42,963 nucleotides of DNA from Flavobacteriales bacterium (GTDB lineage Bacteria; Bacteroidota; Bacteroidia; CAIKAF01). Position numbers and translations under genes: made by a program. Positions 19,787 to 29,099 of the stretch are shown piece by piece (within the stretch, counting starts at the first letter, position 1; each line of letters starts with the position of its first letter). The DNA is taken from NCBI GenBank assembly GCA_026936045.1, contig JAIXKU010000291.1, positions 1-42,963 on the forward strand, given 5' to 3'. The notes beneath the pieces are model-generated. The model saw only the letters and a list, made by a program, of their open reading frames with translations. It was not told where the DNA came from and ran no database searches.

Positions 19787-22189
19787 ATGAAAAACCATAT
19801 TTTGACGGATATGAATTTCAATGCCGTTCGTTATCTTATTGTGATGACGGTTTTTCCATTTCTTTCATTTGGATTATTTGCTCAGAAATATACACAAACT
19901 ATCCGTGGGCGGGTTGTTGATCGCGACAGTCAAATGCCTTTGATAGGCGTGTCTGTTGTCTTGACGGGCATATCTCCTTTGCTTGGCAGTATAACAGATG
20001 AGCAAGGATATTTTGTAATGAAGCAAGTGCCCGTTGGTCGGTATAATATTCGTGTTTCATATATGGGATATGAAGAGGTGCTTTTGCAGCAAGAACAAGT
20101 TTTGGCTGGTAAAGAACTGGTGTTGAATATTGAAATGGTTGAAAATATCCGTGAGATAGAAACGGTTACTATCAAAGGGGATTCGGATAAAGATAAACCG
20201 TTGAACGAAATGGCAACCGTAAGTGCCAGAACTTTTAATGTAGAAGAGACACAACGCTATGCGGCCAGTTTTAATGATCCGGCACGAATGGCTGTCTCAT
20301 TTGCCGGTGTGAGTACAACCAATGATGAAAGTAACGAAATTGTCGTCAGAGGCAATTCTGCCAGAGGTATGCTTTGGCGTATCGAGGGTGTTGAAATACC
20401 TAATCCGAATCATTTCAGTAATGGCGAAGGCGGATCTGGTGGCGGCATCAGTATTTTGAGCAGTCAGGTACTTGGCACGAGCGATTTCTTTACGAGTGCA
20501 TTCCCGGCTGAATATGGCAATGCTTTATCCGGCGTGTTTGATATCCGTTTCAGAAAAGGGAACTATCAGCGGCGAGAATATTCTCTTCAAGTTGGAGTGT
20601 TAGGATTGCAGGTGTCATTGGAAGGTCCGTTTACAAAAAAATATAATGGGTCTTATCTCCTTAATTACAGGTATTCAACGCTTGTATTACTTAATGCCAT
20701 TGGACTGAAAATTGTTGATAATGCACTTGTCCCCGAATTTCAAGATCTGAGTTTTGTCTTTAATTTCCCCAGTAAGAAAGCCGGTACATTCAGTTTTTGG
20801 GGAATGGGTGGTTTGTCGAAAGCAGGAGAGATTGCCATGAAAGACTCAACCCAATGGGAAAGACGTTCAGACCGCTTTGAAGATCACAACAGCCAGGCCG
20901 TTGGTGTGGCCGGTTTATCATATACGTATGCTTTTCGTAATCAGAAAACATATTTAAAAAATGTCTTGTCATTTTCAGCCGATCATTTGGCTTATCGCCT
21001 GGATTCTTTAGATCAGAACTATCAAAATCAAACGGCCTATAATGAGCAGTTTACATACTATACGGCACGTATGCATTTTTTTGTAAATCATAAGTTTAAT
21101 CCGCGTCATATATTGCGAGCGGGTATCTATTACGATCATTATTTCTATTCTATTCTGTCAAAAGGCCTTATTTATGATAGTGGGCAACAAGGTATTTTTA
21201 TTGATGAAAGCGGTAACACCGGTATGATTCAAACGTATGCTCAATGGAAATTTCGCATTTCGGATAAGTTAGAACTTAATACCGGATTTCATCAACTGCT
21301 CTTTATCCTCAACAAACATTTTTCTGTCGAACCAAGAATCGGCCTACAATGGAAGCCTGCCTTGCGACATACATTGAGCATAGGTGCTGGCATGCATAGC
21401 CGCATTGAGCCTGTTTCCAACTATCTCAGTCGTATGTACACGGACAGTGTGAATTATGTTCAGGCAAATAATAATTTGGATCTTACACGTGCGGTGCATG
21501 CCGTATTGGGGTATGATTGGACGTTTTGGGAGCAAATGCGTTTGAAAGCTGAAGTGTATTTTCAATATCTGTATGCCGTACCGATTGATACCACTACGGG
21601 TAGCACGGATTGTATTCTAAATCTCAGTGCTGGCGCTATTCGTACACCGTATAATAATGAAGGTTTAGGTAGAAACTACGGACTGGAAATAACCGTAGAA
21701 AAATTCTTTTCCAAGAACTATTTCTTTTTGCTTACGGCTTCTGTTTTCCAAAGTGAATACAATGTGCGCGACGGCCATTGGTACAATACACGCTTTAATG
21801 GGAATTATATGTTGAATGCCTTGGGAGGTTATGAACTTAGATTTGGAAAAAGTAAACAAAGCAGTTGGGGTATCAATGCACGTATTATTTGGCGTGGAGG
21901 CAATCGTTATACGCCGATTGATACAACAGCCTCTATAGCTGCTGGAAGAGAAGTTGTAATGACTAATGCTACCTTCAATGAACGTGTTCCCGATTATTTC
22001 CGCATGGATATCTCCACTCATCTGCGGTTTAATTTTAAGAAATGGGCTTTCAGCCTATCAGCAGAAGTACAGAATGTCGTAAATCGCTTAAATGTGAGCC
22101 GTTATTTTTACGATCCATATACAAAAGAAGTACGTGCGGCAACCATGTTTGGTATCATGCCGGTCTTTAATTTTAAATTTGAATTTTGA
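19787..22189 (+). CDS. TonB-dependent outer-membrane receptor with CarboxypepD_reg-like N-terminal domain
   Basis: Signal peptide (MNFNAVRYLIVMTVFPFLSFGLFAQ follows MKNHILTD). CarboxypepD_reg-like IRGRVVDRDSQMPLIGVSVVL...GYFVMKQVPVGRYNIRVSYMGYE. Plug region (VVRGNSARGMLWRIEGVEIPNPNHF). Long beta-barrel ending in the aromatic terminus FNFKFEF. The start could also be 19811. Confidence 0.85.
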   Translation: MKNHILTDMNFNAVRYLIVMTVFPFLSFGLFAQKYTQTIRGRVVDRDSQMPLIGVSVVLTGISPLLGSITDEQGYFVMKQVPVGRYNIRVSYMGYEEVLLQQEQVLAGKELVLNIEMVENIREIETVTIKGDSDKDKPLNEMATVSARTFNVEETQRYAASFNDPARMAVSFAGVSTTNDESNEIVVRGNSARGMLWRIEGVEIPNPNHFSNGEGGSGGGISILSSQVLGTSDFFTSAFPAEYGNALSGVFDIRFRKGNYQRREYSLQVGVLGLQVSLEGPFTKKYNGSYLLNYRYSTLVLLNAIGLKIVDNALVPEFQDLSFVFNFPSKKAGTFSFWGMGGLSKAGEIAMKDSTQWERRSDRFEDHNSQAVGVAGLSYTYAFRNQKTYLKNVLSFSADHLAYRLDSLDQNYQNQTAYNEQFTYYTARMHFFVNHKFNPRHILRAGIYYDHYFYSILSKGLIYDSGQQGIFIDESGNTGMIQTYAQWKFRISDKLELNTGFHQLLFILNKHFSVEPRIGLQWKPALRHTLSIGAGMHSRIEPVSNYLSRMYTDSVNYVQANNNLDLTRAVHAVLGYDWTFWEQMRLKAEVYFQYLYAVPIDTTTGSTDCILNLSAGAIRTPYNNEGLGRNYGLEITVEKFFSKNYFFLLTASVFQSEYNVRDGHWYNTRFNGNYMLNALGGYELRFGKSKQSSWGINARIIWRGGNRYTPIDTTASIAAGREVVMTNATFNERVPDYFRMDISTHLRFNFKKWAFSLSAEVQNVVNRLNVSRYFYDPYTKEVRAATMFGIMPVFNFKFEF

Positions 22190-22199
22190 TGAATGGTGT

Positions 22200-22892
22200 T
22201 TATCTCTCTTCCATCAGCCCTTTGGTATAGGCATAATTAATAAGCTCTGTAGCACTCTTGCAGGAAAGCTTTTTCAGAATATTTTTTCGATGTGTATAAA
22301 CGGTATGTTTACTGAGATGCAGCTCGTCTGCAATATCTTTAGTTGATTTTCCCAATGTTACCAACTTAAATATTTCCATTTCACGTTCGGATAGATCATT
22401 GTGTAGGCTTTTCTCTTGAGAGGTGTTTTTAAAGCTCAGTTCAATCAATACCTCTACTACTTTAGCGCTAAAAAACTTGCCACCGGAGAATATCGTTCGA
22501 ATGGCATTAATCATTTCTTCAGCCGAAGAGAGTGTGGTGATAAAGCCTTGTATGCTTAGTTTATGAAGCCGATATATTTCGCTTTTGTTCATGTCAGAGA
22601 GCAGGAGTACGCGATAGTTCTTCATAAAACCTTCGATTAAATCCATATTATCTTCTTCGAAAAAACCGTCTAAACTTCTGTCAATAATTAAAATATCAGG
22701 TGTAACAACAGGAGCCAGCTGAATCAAAGACGCGGCATTGTCGGCTTCTCCACAAATATGTAAACCTTGCGTCTTTTCTATTAATGCTTTTAAGCTGCTT
22801 AATAACAACGACTGACTGCTCGCTATCAAAACCTGTATCTTGCTTTTTCTCGGCATAACAGGCACAAACCTACGCAATTTTTTAATACTCAT
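22200..22892 (-). CDS. LuxR/NarL-family transcriptional regulator with atypical receiver domain
   Basis: C-terminal LuxR HTH (LSEREMEIFKLVTLGKSTKDIADELHLSKHTVYTHRKNILKKL). The N-terminal REC-like fold is KIQVLIASSQ...DILIIDRSL...VLLLSD...GFITTL. No histidine kinase gene lies adjacent. Confidence 0.8.
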   Translation of the reverse strand: MSIKKLRRFVPVMPRKSKIQVLIASSQSLLLSSLKALIEKTQGLHICGEADNAASLIQLAPVVTPDILIIDRSLDGFFEEDNMDLIEGFMKNYRVLLLSDMNKSEIYRLHKLSIQGFITTLSSAEEMINAIRTIFSGGKFFSAKVVEVLIELSFKNTSQEKSLHNDLSEREMEIFKLVTLGKSTKDIADELHLSKHTVYTHRKNILKKLSCKSATELINYAYTKGLMEER

Positions 22893-23004
22893 AATGCTTT
22901 GACTATGATATGACTTCCTGTGCGATGCTTCTTATCTGAAGCATACTTTTTTTGGTGAAATCTTGTTTTTTGTATGCATCATTGTAGGTTTCATCTTGTT
23001 TCAT

Positions 23005-23012
23005 TATCTTTG
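23005..23012 (+). promoter_or_regulatory. -7 promoter box TATCTTTG (TAnnTTTG) for thrS
   Basis: Exact consensus match 19 nt upstream of the thrS ATG. A TTG lies about 20 nt further upstream (22982-22984). Confidence 0.45.
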
Positions 23013-23031
23013 CCACCCTTAGAAACATGGC

Positions 23032-24966
23032 ATGATACAAATAAAATTTCCGGATCAATCCGTTAGAGAATATCCAGAAGGCACTACGCCAATAGAGATA
23101 GCCAAATCCATCAGTCATGGCTTAGCCAAGAAAGTATTGGTAGCAGACATTGATGGTGTGCTTCGGGATGCTACAACGCCACTTAATCATTCGACTTCTT
23201 TGCGCTTGCTTACCTGGGACGATGATAACGGGAAAGCCGGTTTTTGGCATTCATCTGCTCACCTGATGGCAGAAGCGATTCAGGCGTTTTATCCGAAAGC
23301 AAAATTTACGATCGGTCCTTCGATAGAGAATGGGTTTTATTATGATGTGGATTTTGGAGAGGATAGCTTCACAGCCGACCAAATACCGACCATCGAAAAA
23401 AAGATGGATGAATTGGCTAAGCAAGATAATCCGTTTGTGCTTTATCCAGTATCAAAAGCCGAAGCGCTTGCTTACTATAAAGAAAAAAGCAATGAATACA
23501 AGATAGAACTCATAGAGAATCTGACAGATGGAGACATCACGTTTTGTCGTCAAGGGTCATTTGTGGATTTATGCCGTGGCGGTCATATTCCGTCCACCGG
23601 TTATATAAAAGCTGTAAAACTATTGAACGTTGCTGGGGCCTACTGGCGAGGGGATGAGAAAAATAAACAGCTTACGCGTATTTATGGTATTTCATTTCCG
23701 CAGCAAAAGATGTTGGATGAATATTTGGTTTTGTTGAAGGAAGCTAAGAAGCGTGATCATCGGAAACTAGGCCAAGAGCTTGGTTTGTTCACATTCAGCA
23801 ATCGGGTAGGGAAGGGTTTGCCTCTTTGGTTACCCAAAGGTGCAGATTTGCGTGAACGCCTAGAACGTTTCATGCGTGATGCCCAAAAGAAAGCCGGTTA
23901 TCAGCAAGTTGTCACACCGCATATTGGAAGTAAAGCCTTGTACGAAACCAGCGGTCACTGGGAGAAATACGGTAAAGATAGTTTTCAGCCCATTCATACA
24001 CCGGAAGAAGATGAATTGTTTATGCTGAAACCGATGAACTGTCCGCATCATTGTGAGATATACAAAGCCGAGCCACGATCATATAAAGATTTACCGCTTC
24101 GTTTGGCCGAATTTGGTACGGTTTATCGTTATGAGCAAAGCGGTGAACTTCATGGATTAACTCGTGTTCGCGGGTTTACCCAAGATGATGCACATATTTT
24201 CTGTACTGCATCACAGGTCAAAGAAGAGTTTGTGAAAGTGATAGACCTCGTTTTGCATGTGTTTAAATCATTAAATTTTCATGATTTTACGGCACAGGTA
24301 TCATTGCGCAGCAAAGAAAACCGCGAAAAATATATTGGGTCTGACGAAAATTGGGATCGGGCTGAGCGCGAAATTCAGGAAGCCGTAGCAGAACGCGGGC
24401 TGACAACCAGAGTTGTAGAGGGAGAAGCCGCTTTTTATGGACCCAAACTCGATTTTATGGTAAAAGACGCTTTAGGACGAAGCTGGCAGCTTGGTACCAT
24501 TCAGGTTGACTATAATTTACCAGATCGTTTTGAATTGGATTATACGGGTGCTGACAACCAAAAACACCGCCCGGTGATGATACATCGTGCACCGTTTGGC
24601 TCTATGGAGCGTTTTATCGCTGTATTAACCGAACATTGTGCAGGGAATTTCCCAGTTTGGCTGGCACCTGTTCAGGTGGCTGTCTTGCCTATCAGCGACA
24701 AATTCAATGATTATGCAAAAAAAGTTGTTGAATTGCTGAAAAATAACGAAATTCGCACCCTCTTTGACGACCGATCAGAGAAAATAGGTAAAAAAATTCG
24801 CGATAGCGAAATGATGAAGATACCGTATATGTTGGTTGTTGGAGAGAAAGAAGAGGCTGAAAATCAAGTTGCCGTCAGACAACACGGCAAAGGCGATATC
24901 GGGGTGATGAGCTCAGATACCTTGATTAAGCTTATTTTGGAACAGGTCAAAGAGATGTTAAACTAA
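23032..24966 (+). CDS. thrS: threonine--tRNA ligase
   Basis: 644 aa. TGS-like N-terminus ([28 protein letters not shown]), editing-domain [10 protein letters not shown] and class II core motifs ([26 protein letters not shown]; [17 protein letters not shown]). Confidence 0.95.
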   Translation: MIQIKFPDQSVREYPEGTTPIEIAKSISHGLAKKVLVADIDGVLRDATTPLNHSTSLRLLTWDDDNGKAGFWHSSAHLMAEAIQAFYPKAKFTIGPSIENGFYYDVDFGEDSFTADQIPTIEKKMDELAKQDNPFVLYPVSKAEALAYYKEKSNEYKIELIENLTDGDITFCRQGSFVDLCRGGHIPSTGYIKAVKLLNVAGAYWRGDEKNKQLTRIYGISFPQQKMLDEYLVLLKEAKKRDHRKLGQELGLFTFSNRVGKGLPLWLPKGADLRERLERFMRDAQKKAGYQQVVTPHIGSKALYETSGHWEKYGKDSFQPIHTPEEDELFMLKPMNCPHHCEIYKAEPRSYKDLPLRLAEFGTVYRYEQSGELHGLTRVRGFTQDDAHIFCTASQVKEEFVKVIDLVLHVFKSLNFHDFTAQVSLRSKENREKYIGSDENWDRAEREIQEAVAERGLTTRVVEGEAAFYGPKLDFMVKDALGRSWQLGTIQVDYNLPDRFELDYTGADNQKHRPVMIHRAPFGSMERFIAVLTEHCAGNFPVWLAPVQVAVLPISDKFNDYAKKVVELLKNNEIRTLFDDRSEKIGKKIRDSEMMKIPYMLVVGEKEEAENQVAVRQHGKGDIGVMSSDTLIKLILEQVKEMLN

Positions 24967-24982
24967 AACAAAGGAGGTAGAT

Positions 24983-25543
24983 ATTTTAAAGCAGAACAGG
25001 CCGGGTAATCCTATATTTGTAAGGAAAAATAAGGAGCCGGAGCACAAAATTAACGAACGTATTCGCGCACCACGTGTCCGTGTAGTCGGAGAAGGTATTG
25101 AAAGCGCCGTGGTACCTATTCACGAAGCGTTGCGCATGGCAGAAAATATGGGAATGGATTTAGTAGAGATCTCACCCAATTCCGAGCCGCCTGTTTGTAG
25201 AATAATTGATTATAAAAAGTTTCTTTACGAGCTGAAAAGAAAACAAAAAGAAATTAAAGCCAAGGCAGCTAAAATAATTATCAAAGAGATAAGATTTGGC
25301 CCCCAAACAGATAACCATGACTTTAATTTTAAATTAAATCATGCTAAGAGTTTTCTTACAGAAGGAGCTAAAGTGAAGGCCTATGTGTTTTTTAAAGGGC
25401 GTTCTATCGTTTTCAAAGAACAAGGTGAAATGCTTTTGTTACGCTTTGCCAACGAACTCCAGGATTACGGAAAGGTGGAATCCCTGCCGGTACTCGAAGG
25501 AAAAAGAATGATCATGTTCATATCTCCTAAGAAGAAAAATTAA
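24983..25543 (+). CDS. infC: translation initiation factor IF-3, AUU start
   Basis: The ORF track starts at GTG 25109, which would remove the conserved N-terminal segment [16 protein letters not shown] encoded in frame at 25049-25096. The frame is open back past 24983. No in-frame ATG/GTG/TTG lies between the thrS stop and 25109. ATT at 24983 sits 5 nt after AAGGAGG (24971-24977). An AUU start is the classical conserved feature of infC. Confidence 0.8.
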   Translation: MLKQNRPGNPIFVRKNKEPEHKINERIRAPRVRVVGEGIESAVVPIHEALRMAENMGMDLVEISPNSEPPVCRIIDYKKFLYELKRKQKEIKAKAAKIIIKEIRFGPQTDNHDFNFKLNHAKSFLTEGAKVKAYVFFKGRSIVFKEQGEMLLLRFANELQDYGKVESLPVLEGKRMIMFISPKKKN

Positions 25544-25568
25544 TTCGGTAATATAAAATAGATAAGTT

Positions 25569-25763
25569 ATGCCTAAAATGAAGAGTAATTCCAGCGCCAA
25601 AAAGAGATTCGAACTGACTGGCTCTGGAAAAATCAAACGCAAACATGCCTATAAAAGACATATTCTTACCAAGAAGTCAACTAAGCGTAAGCGTGCTTTG
25701 ACACATTTTGCTTTGGTAAGCAAGGCAGATGAAGACAATGTTAAATTGATGTTGTTGAGCTAA
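25569..25763 (+). CDS. rpmI: 50S ribosomal protein L35
   Basis: 64 aa, very basic. [14 protein letters not shown]...[17 protein letters not shown] is typical of L35. Canonical position between infC and rplT. Confidence 0.95.
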   Translation: MPKMKSNSSAKKRFELTGSGKIKRKHAYKRHILTKKSTKRKRALTHFALVSKADEDNVKLMLLS

Positions 25764-25794
25764 AAATTTTGTTTAATCATTAAAACCAAGTAAC

Positions 25795-26139
25795 ATGCCA
25801 CGTTCGCAAAACAAGGTAGCCTCAAGAGCAAGAAAAAAGAAAGTGTTGAAACTGGCCAAAGGCAGTTTCGGACGCAGAAAAAACGTGTGGACAGTTGCAA
25901 AGAACTCTGTTGAAAAAGGCTTAGGCTACGCCTACAGAGACAGGAGAGCTAAAAAACGTACGTTTAGAGCTCTCTGGATTCAAAGGATCAATGCAGCTGC
26001 AAGAGAACACGGAATGAGTTATTCCGAATTCATGGGTAAAATTAATCAGCACGGTGTTGAGCTTAATCGTAAAGCCCTTGCCGACTTAGCCATGAATAAC
26101 CCCGACGCTTTTAAAGCCGTTGTGGAAAAAGTGAAGTAA
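25795..26139 (+). CDS. rplT: 50S ribosomal protein L20
   Basis: 114 aa. [23 protein letters not shown]...[22 protein letters not shown] is typical of L20. Confidence 0.95.
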   Translation: MPRSQNKVASRARKKKVLKLAKGSFGRRKNVWTVAKNSVEKGLGYAYRDRRAKKRTFRALWIQRINAAAREHGMSYSEFMGKINQHGVELNRKALADLAMNNPDAFKAVVEKVK

Positions 26140-26162
26140 CTCGTTGTTTATTCTAAAGCTTT

Positions 26163-26191
26163 AAGGCTATCCTTTGGGGATAGCCTTTTTT
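26163..26191 (+). terminator. rho-independent terminator after rplT
   Basis: Perfect 10-bp stem AAGGCTATCC (26163-26172) / GGATAGCCTT (26178-26187) with a 5-nt loop, running into a T-tract (26186-26191). Confidence 0.7.
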
Positions 26192-26199
26192 ATCTGCAC

Positions 26200-26859
26200 T
26201 CAATGCCTTTGCAGCTCTTTGCAATGAAATAACCTCGATTGATTGAAATCACGATTGGAATAGATGCTTAAAAGATTCCCTCTGATATCAGGATAGATTC
26301 CATGCTTCTGAAATACACCATTCTTTATGACGGCTTCATGGCAGATTGCGTTATTGTAAATAATAATCAATTCGCGATCAAGACGCTTTGCAGAAGCTTC
26401 CAATAAATGCACGACCTCTGACATGATAGCACACGGAAACGGATTATATAAATAAATAATATTATATGCATCATATTGCTGAAACTCTCTAGCATCACCA
26501 ACGATGATACGACTCTTCTCATTTTTTAATTTCTTAAAATTACGTTTGGCAATTTCGGCTATATGTGAAGATAACTCCAATCCGTCCACTTTGTCAAAAG
26601 GGAATTTCTGCATTACACGCATGGCACTGCCTTTGCCACAGCCGATATCTATGATGGCATCATGCAATGTTATCTTGAAATCGTCTAACAAGTGTTTTAG
26701 AAATTTATCACCCGATGGAGAAGAACGATAGGCCGTTTGCGGATTAAGCCCAACCTCCTCCGGTTCTACCATTGTCAAAAAATCCAACCCCTGCAGCTTA
26801 TCTATCAAGATTTGGCTTTGACGCTTAAGCTTTTTCAATAGGCTCAACTTTCTTCTCAT
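26200..26859 (-). CDS. class I SAM-dependent methyltransferase
   Basis: 219 aa. Motif I IIDIGCGKGS, followed by DGLELS (motif II-like) and IIYLYNPF (motif IV-like). Substrate unknown. Confidence 0.75.
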   Translation of the reverse strand: MRRKLSLLKKLKRQSQILIDKLQGLDFLTMVEPEEVGLNPQTAYRSSPSGDKFLKHLLDDFKITLHDAIIDIGCGKGSAMRVMQKFPFDKVDGLELSSHIAEIAKRNFKKLKNEKSRIIVGDAREFQQYDAYNIIYLYNPFPCAIMSEVVHLLEASAKRLDRELIIIYNNAICHEAVIKNGVFQKHGIYPDIRGNLLSIYSNRDFNQSRLFHCKELQRH

Positions 26860-27088
26860 TTTTTCTAAAAATCAATATATATAACAAACCGACCGGCTTT
26901 TGGTTGCCTGATTTAATTCCTCATTATCTTATGCTTGAAAATTCAACATTGCAAAAAATCAATCTATCTACACTAGATACGCATGTTCAGATGTTTATAT
27001 CAGATGAAATATAATTACTGAGAATCTTAACAATAAATACTTTAAATATAAAGTTTTTTTTTATCTTGCTGATAATAAACCGGAAATT

Positions 27089-27601
27089 ATGAAAGCATTT
27101 CTTCATTTTATCTTAAGTAATTTTACCCTTACCTTTTTTCTTATAGGAATTATTTTTTCTGTAGTTACGATATATAGATATAAGGGAAAGCGGAACAAAT
27201 CATTCATCGTTGAATCTTTTCTGAAATATTATTGCTTTTGGGCACATGGCGTTTCATGGACATATAATGCGATTATGCATACAGTCTTTCATACGATGGC
27301 TGCTAGTTTTATTGGATGGGAAGACAGCCCATTCCAATTAGAAGTAGGATTTGCTAGTTTGGGCTTCGGACTGGTGGGCTTGCTTGCCTTTAAAAAGGAT
27401 TTTGGGCTGCGTCTCGGTTTATTTATCAGCACAGCCGCTTTTCTTTGGGGAGCTGCAGGCGGACATTTATATGAGATTTTCTCTAAAGGCAATTTTGCGC
27501 CGGGCAATGCAGGTATTATGCTATGGACGGATTTACTAATGCCTATTCTGAGTTTTTATCTTCTTTATCTCTCATATAAAGCAGAAAAAAAAATGTCGTA
27601 G
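27089..27601 (+). CDS. small integral membrane protein of unknown function
   Basis: 170 aa with about 4 hydrophobic helices (FTLTFFLIGIIFSVVTI; GFASLGFGLVGLLAF; LGLFISTAAFLWGAAGG; LLMPILSFYLLYL). Confidence 0.6.
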   Translation: MKAFLHFILSNFTLTFFLIGIIFSVVTIYRYKGKRNKSFIVESFLKYYCFWAHGVSWTYNAIMHTVFHTMAASFIGWEDSPFQLEVGFASLGFGLVGLLAFKKDFGLRLGLFISTAAFLWGAAGGHLYEIFSKGNFAPGNAGIMLWTDLLMPILSFYLLYLSYKAEKKMS

Positions 27602-27627
27602 CCGCCTACAAATTGAGCGATTCTGTC

Positions 27628-27990
27628 TTATTGTCGGGAGCTGTCGTTGATAGATATATTTGTTTTGAGCTTCTCTATAATCTCTTTCTCAAAAGCTTCT
27701 ATAATGAGTGCCTTGTCGTTCTTGTCGGCCTGACAACGATGAGAGCTCTTTACTAATTTTAATAACGTTACGTTTGTGTCAATTTCTGTGATGACAATAT
27801 CTATGTCAACCGTATTACATAACCCCCATTTATGAAAAGGGAAGAAAAAGTAAGTACTGTCCGGGTTGTTATCGGTAAAGGTGATGTGCAGGCTGTCAAT
27901 GTTGCTGAGGCGGTTTTCTAATGTTTCTTTAGAGTAATTGAATTGATATGTTTTGTTTATGTCTATGTTTGAAAAATAGCTGGTAGCCAT
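27628..27990 (-). CDS. hypothetical protein
   Basis: 120-codon ORF with no signal peptide and no recognised motif. Last gene of a three-gene minus-strand unit. Confidence 0.5.
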   Translation of the reverse strand: MATSYFSNIDINKTYQFNYSKETLENRLSNIDSLHITFTDNNPDSTYFFFPFHKWGLCNTVDIDIVITEIDTNVTLLKLVKSSHRCQADKNDKALIIEAFEKEIIEKLKTNISINDSSRQ

Positions 27991-28007
27991 AAATGCAAAT
28001 ACCGAAA

Positions 28008-28409
28008 TCAGAATGGGGAAACCGGACTCAACTTAAATGATCTTATCTTCTCAATATTTCTCTCATAGTAAAAAGCCAAGGGCAGAATAATGAGGGCTAA
28101 GAGATCGGTGTAGTCAACTACCCGGTGAATAGCGAATAACGGCAGGGTATTCCAAAAATCAATACATGATTGGCTGTATGGTGATTTCCAACAGATGAAC
28201 AACAGACCGGTGCATACCGTTATGATTTTCTTAAAGCGAGGTAGAAAGGCTATCCAAAATAATGTAAAAACAAAGAGCCCAGCAAAGTCAGATAGTTTAC
28301 CTGTTAGCCAGTTGCCCCAAAGAGGTTTTAAAATTAGATCATTGCCGAGTAAAAGACATAAGCCGATAATAAAGCCATAAGAGGTGAATAGTTTAGGATT
28401 GTACTTCAT
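28008..28409 (-). CDS. small integral membrane protein of unknown function
   Basis: I prefer the ATG at 28409 (MKYNPKLFTSYGFIIGLCLLL...). This removes the 46-nt overlap with the upstream gene that the ORF-track start at 28502 implies. Three to four hydrophobic helices. Confidence 0.5.
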   Translation of the reverse strand: MKYNPKLFTSYGFIIGLCLLLGNDLILKPLWGNWLTGKLSDFAGLFVFTLFWIAFLPRFKKIITVCTGLLFICWKSPYSQSCIDFWNTLPLFAIHRVVDYTDLLALIILPLAFYYERNIEKIRSFKLSPVSPF

Positions 28410-28456
28410 AACAAAGCGATAGTCTGTATTGAAAAAACGATTTGATAAGATGGAGA

Positions 28457-28828
28457 TTACAATTGAACCGTTGTGTTGCCGCTCACATATTCGATATGGC
28501 AATCATTTGCTTTTATGACAAAAGGCTCATCAACAACTAGACTGTTATTAATAAACCCTTTGAATGAAAAATGTTCTGTTTTATTTCGAATTTCGGGTTG
28601 ATAATTATCAGCTAAAACAACATACGTCTGATGTCCTATTAAAGAGTCGTAAACATAGCGGATGGTATCGGCATTACAATCTCTGATTGTATAAAACGCA
28701 TCCAACGGCTCACCTTGCACCGTAATCGTTATATAGCGGTATTCCTCTGTGCAGGCGATGTCTTTTTTGCATGAGCTGAATATCAGGGAAGCGGCCATAA
28801 GTGAGAATAGAACAGTTTTTAAGCGCAT
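28457..28828 (-). CDS. putative lipoprotein of unknown function
   Basis: Start moved to the ATG at 28828 (MRLKTVLFSLMAASLIFSSC, lipobox-like). The ORF-track TTG start at 28852 is itself part of a TAAATTTG -7 box. Confidence 0.55.
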   Translation of the reverse strand: MRLKTVLFSLMAASLIFSSCKKDIACTEEYRYITITVQGEPLDAFYTIRDCNADTIRYVYDSLIGHQTYVVLADNYQPEIRNKTEHFSFKGFINNSLVVDEPFVIKANDCHIEYVSGNTTVQL

Positions 28829-28849
28829 AGAACTTGGATTATATTGCTT

Positions 28850-28857
28850 CAAATTTA
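28850..28857 (-). promoter_or_regulatory. -7 promoter box TAAATTTG (TAnnTTTG) for the lipoprotein/membrane/hypothetical unit
   Basis: Exact consensus match on the minus strand, 21 nt upstream of the ATG at 28828. Confidence 0.4.
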
Positions 28858-29043
28858 AAAACTCGTTTTGGTATGTTAAAGAACTTATAGCTCTTTAACA
28901 TTCAATGACTTTCTGCTTTCTCCTGCACTCAGCTCATCTTCCAGGCAAAAAAGCCTCCATTACTTGTACATTCCGCTCGCCCCTTCAGTCAATAACCAGC
29001 CCGGCATGCCAAGCAGAGAGTGTAGAATGGTGTGTCAGCCGCT

Positions 29044-29099
29044 TTTTTTATTTCGGAAATGCAGGATGGGGCGTGCACCGTGTACAGCGAAATAAAAAA
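29044..29099. repeat. perfect 12-bp inverted repeat with 32-nt GC-rich spacer
   Basis: TTTTTTATTTCG (29044-29055) pairs with CGAAATAAAAAA (29088-29099). The spacer is GAAATGCAGGATGGGGCGTGCACCGTGTACAG. Confidence 0.8.

Noticed and set aside
22893-23031. Possible T-box or leader-peptide regulation upstream of thrS.
   Set aside because: The gap is only 139 nt, AT-rich and without a specifier or antiterminator stem pattern. A -7 box sits 19 nt from the ATG, which leaves no room for a leader.
22903-23118. 71-aa minus-strand ORF spanning the thrS promoter and 5' end.
   Set aside because: It overlaps the thrS TGS-domain coding region and the TATCTTTG box, and it has no motif.
26931-27014. 27-codon ORF (MLENSTLQKINLSTLDTHVQMFISDEI) in the AT-rich gap upstream of the 4-TM membrane protein gene.
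   Set aside because: It has no consensus promoter box or ribosome-binding signal and no hydrophobic or leader-peptide-like features. An ORF of this length is expected by chance.
28921-28960. CCAGGCAAAAAAGCCTCC, considered as a glycine-riboswitch-like CUCAGGCAAAAGGAC element upstream of proline dehydrogenase.
   Set aside because: The other conserved glycine-riboswitch elements (GGAGAG, ACCGAAGGGGCAA) are absent. The predicted proline dehydrogenase promoter lies about 350 nt downstream of it.
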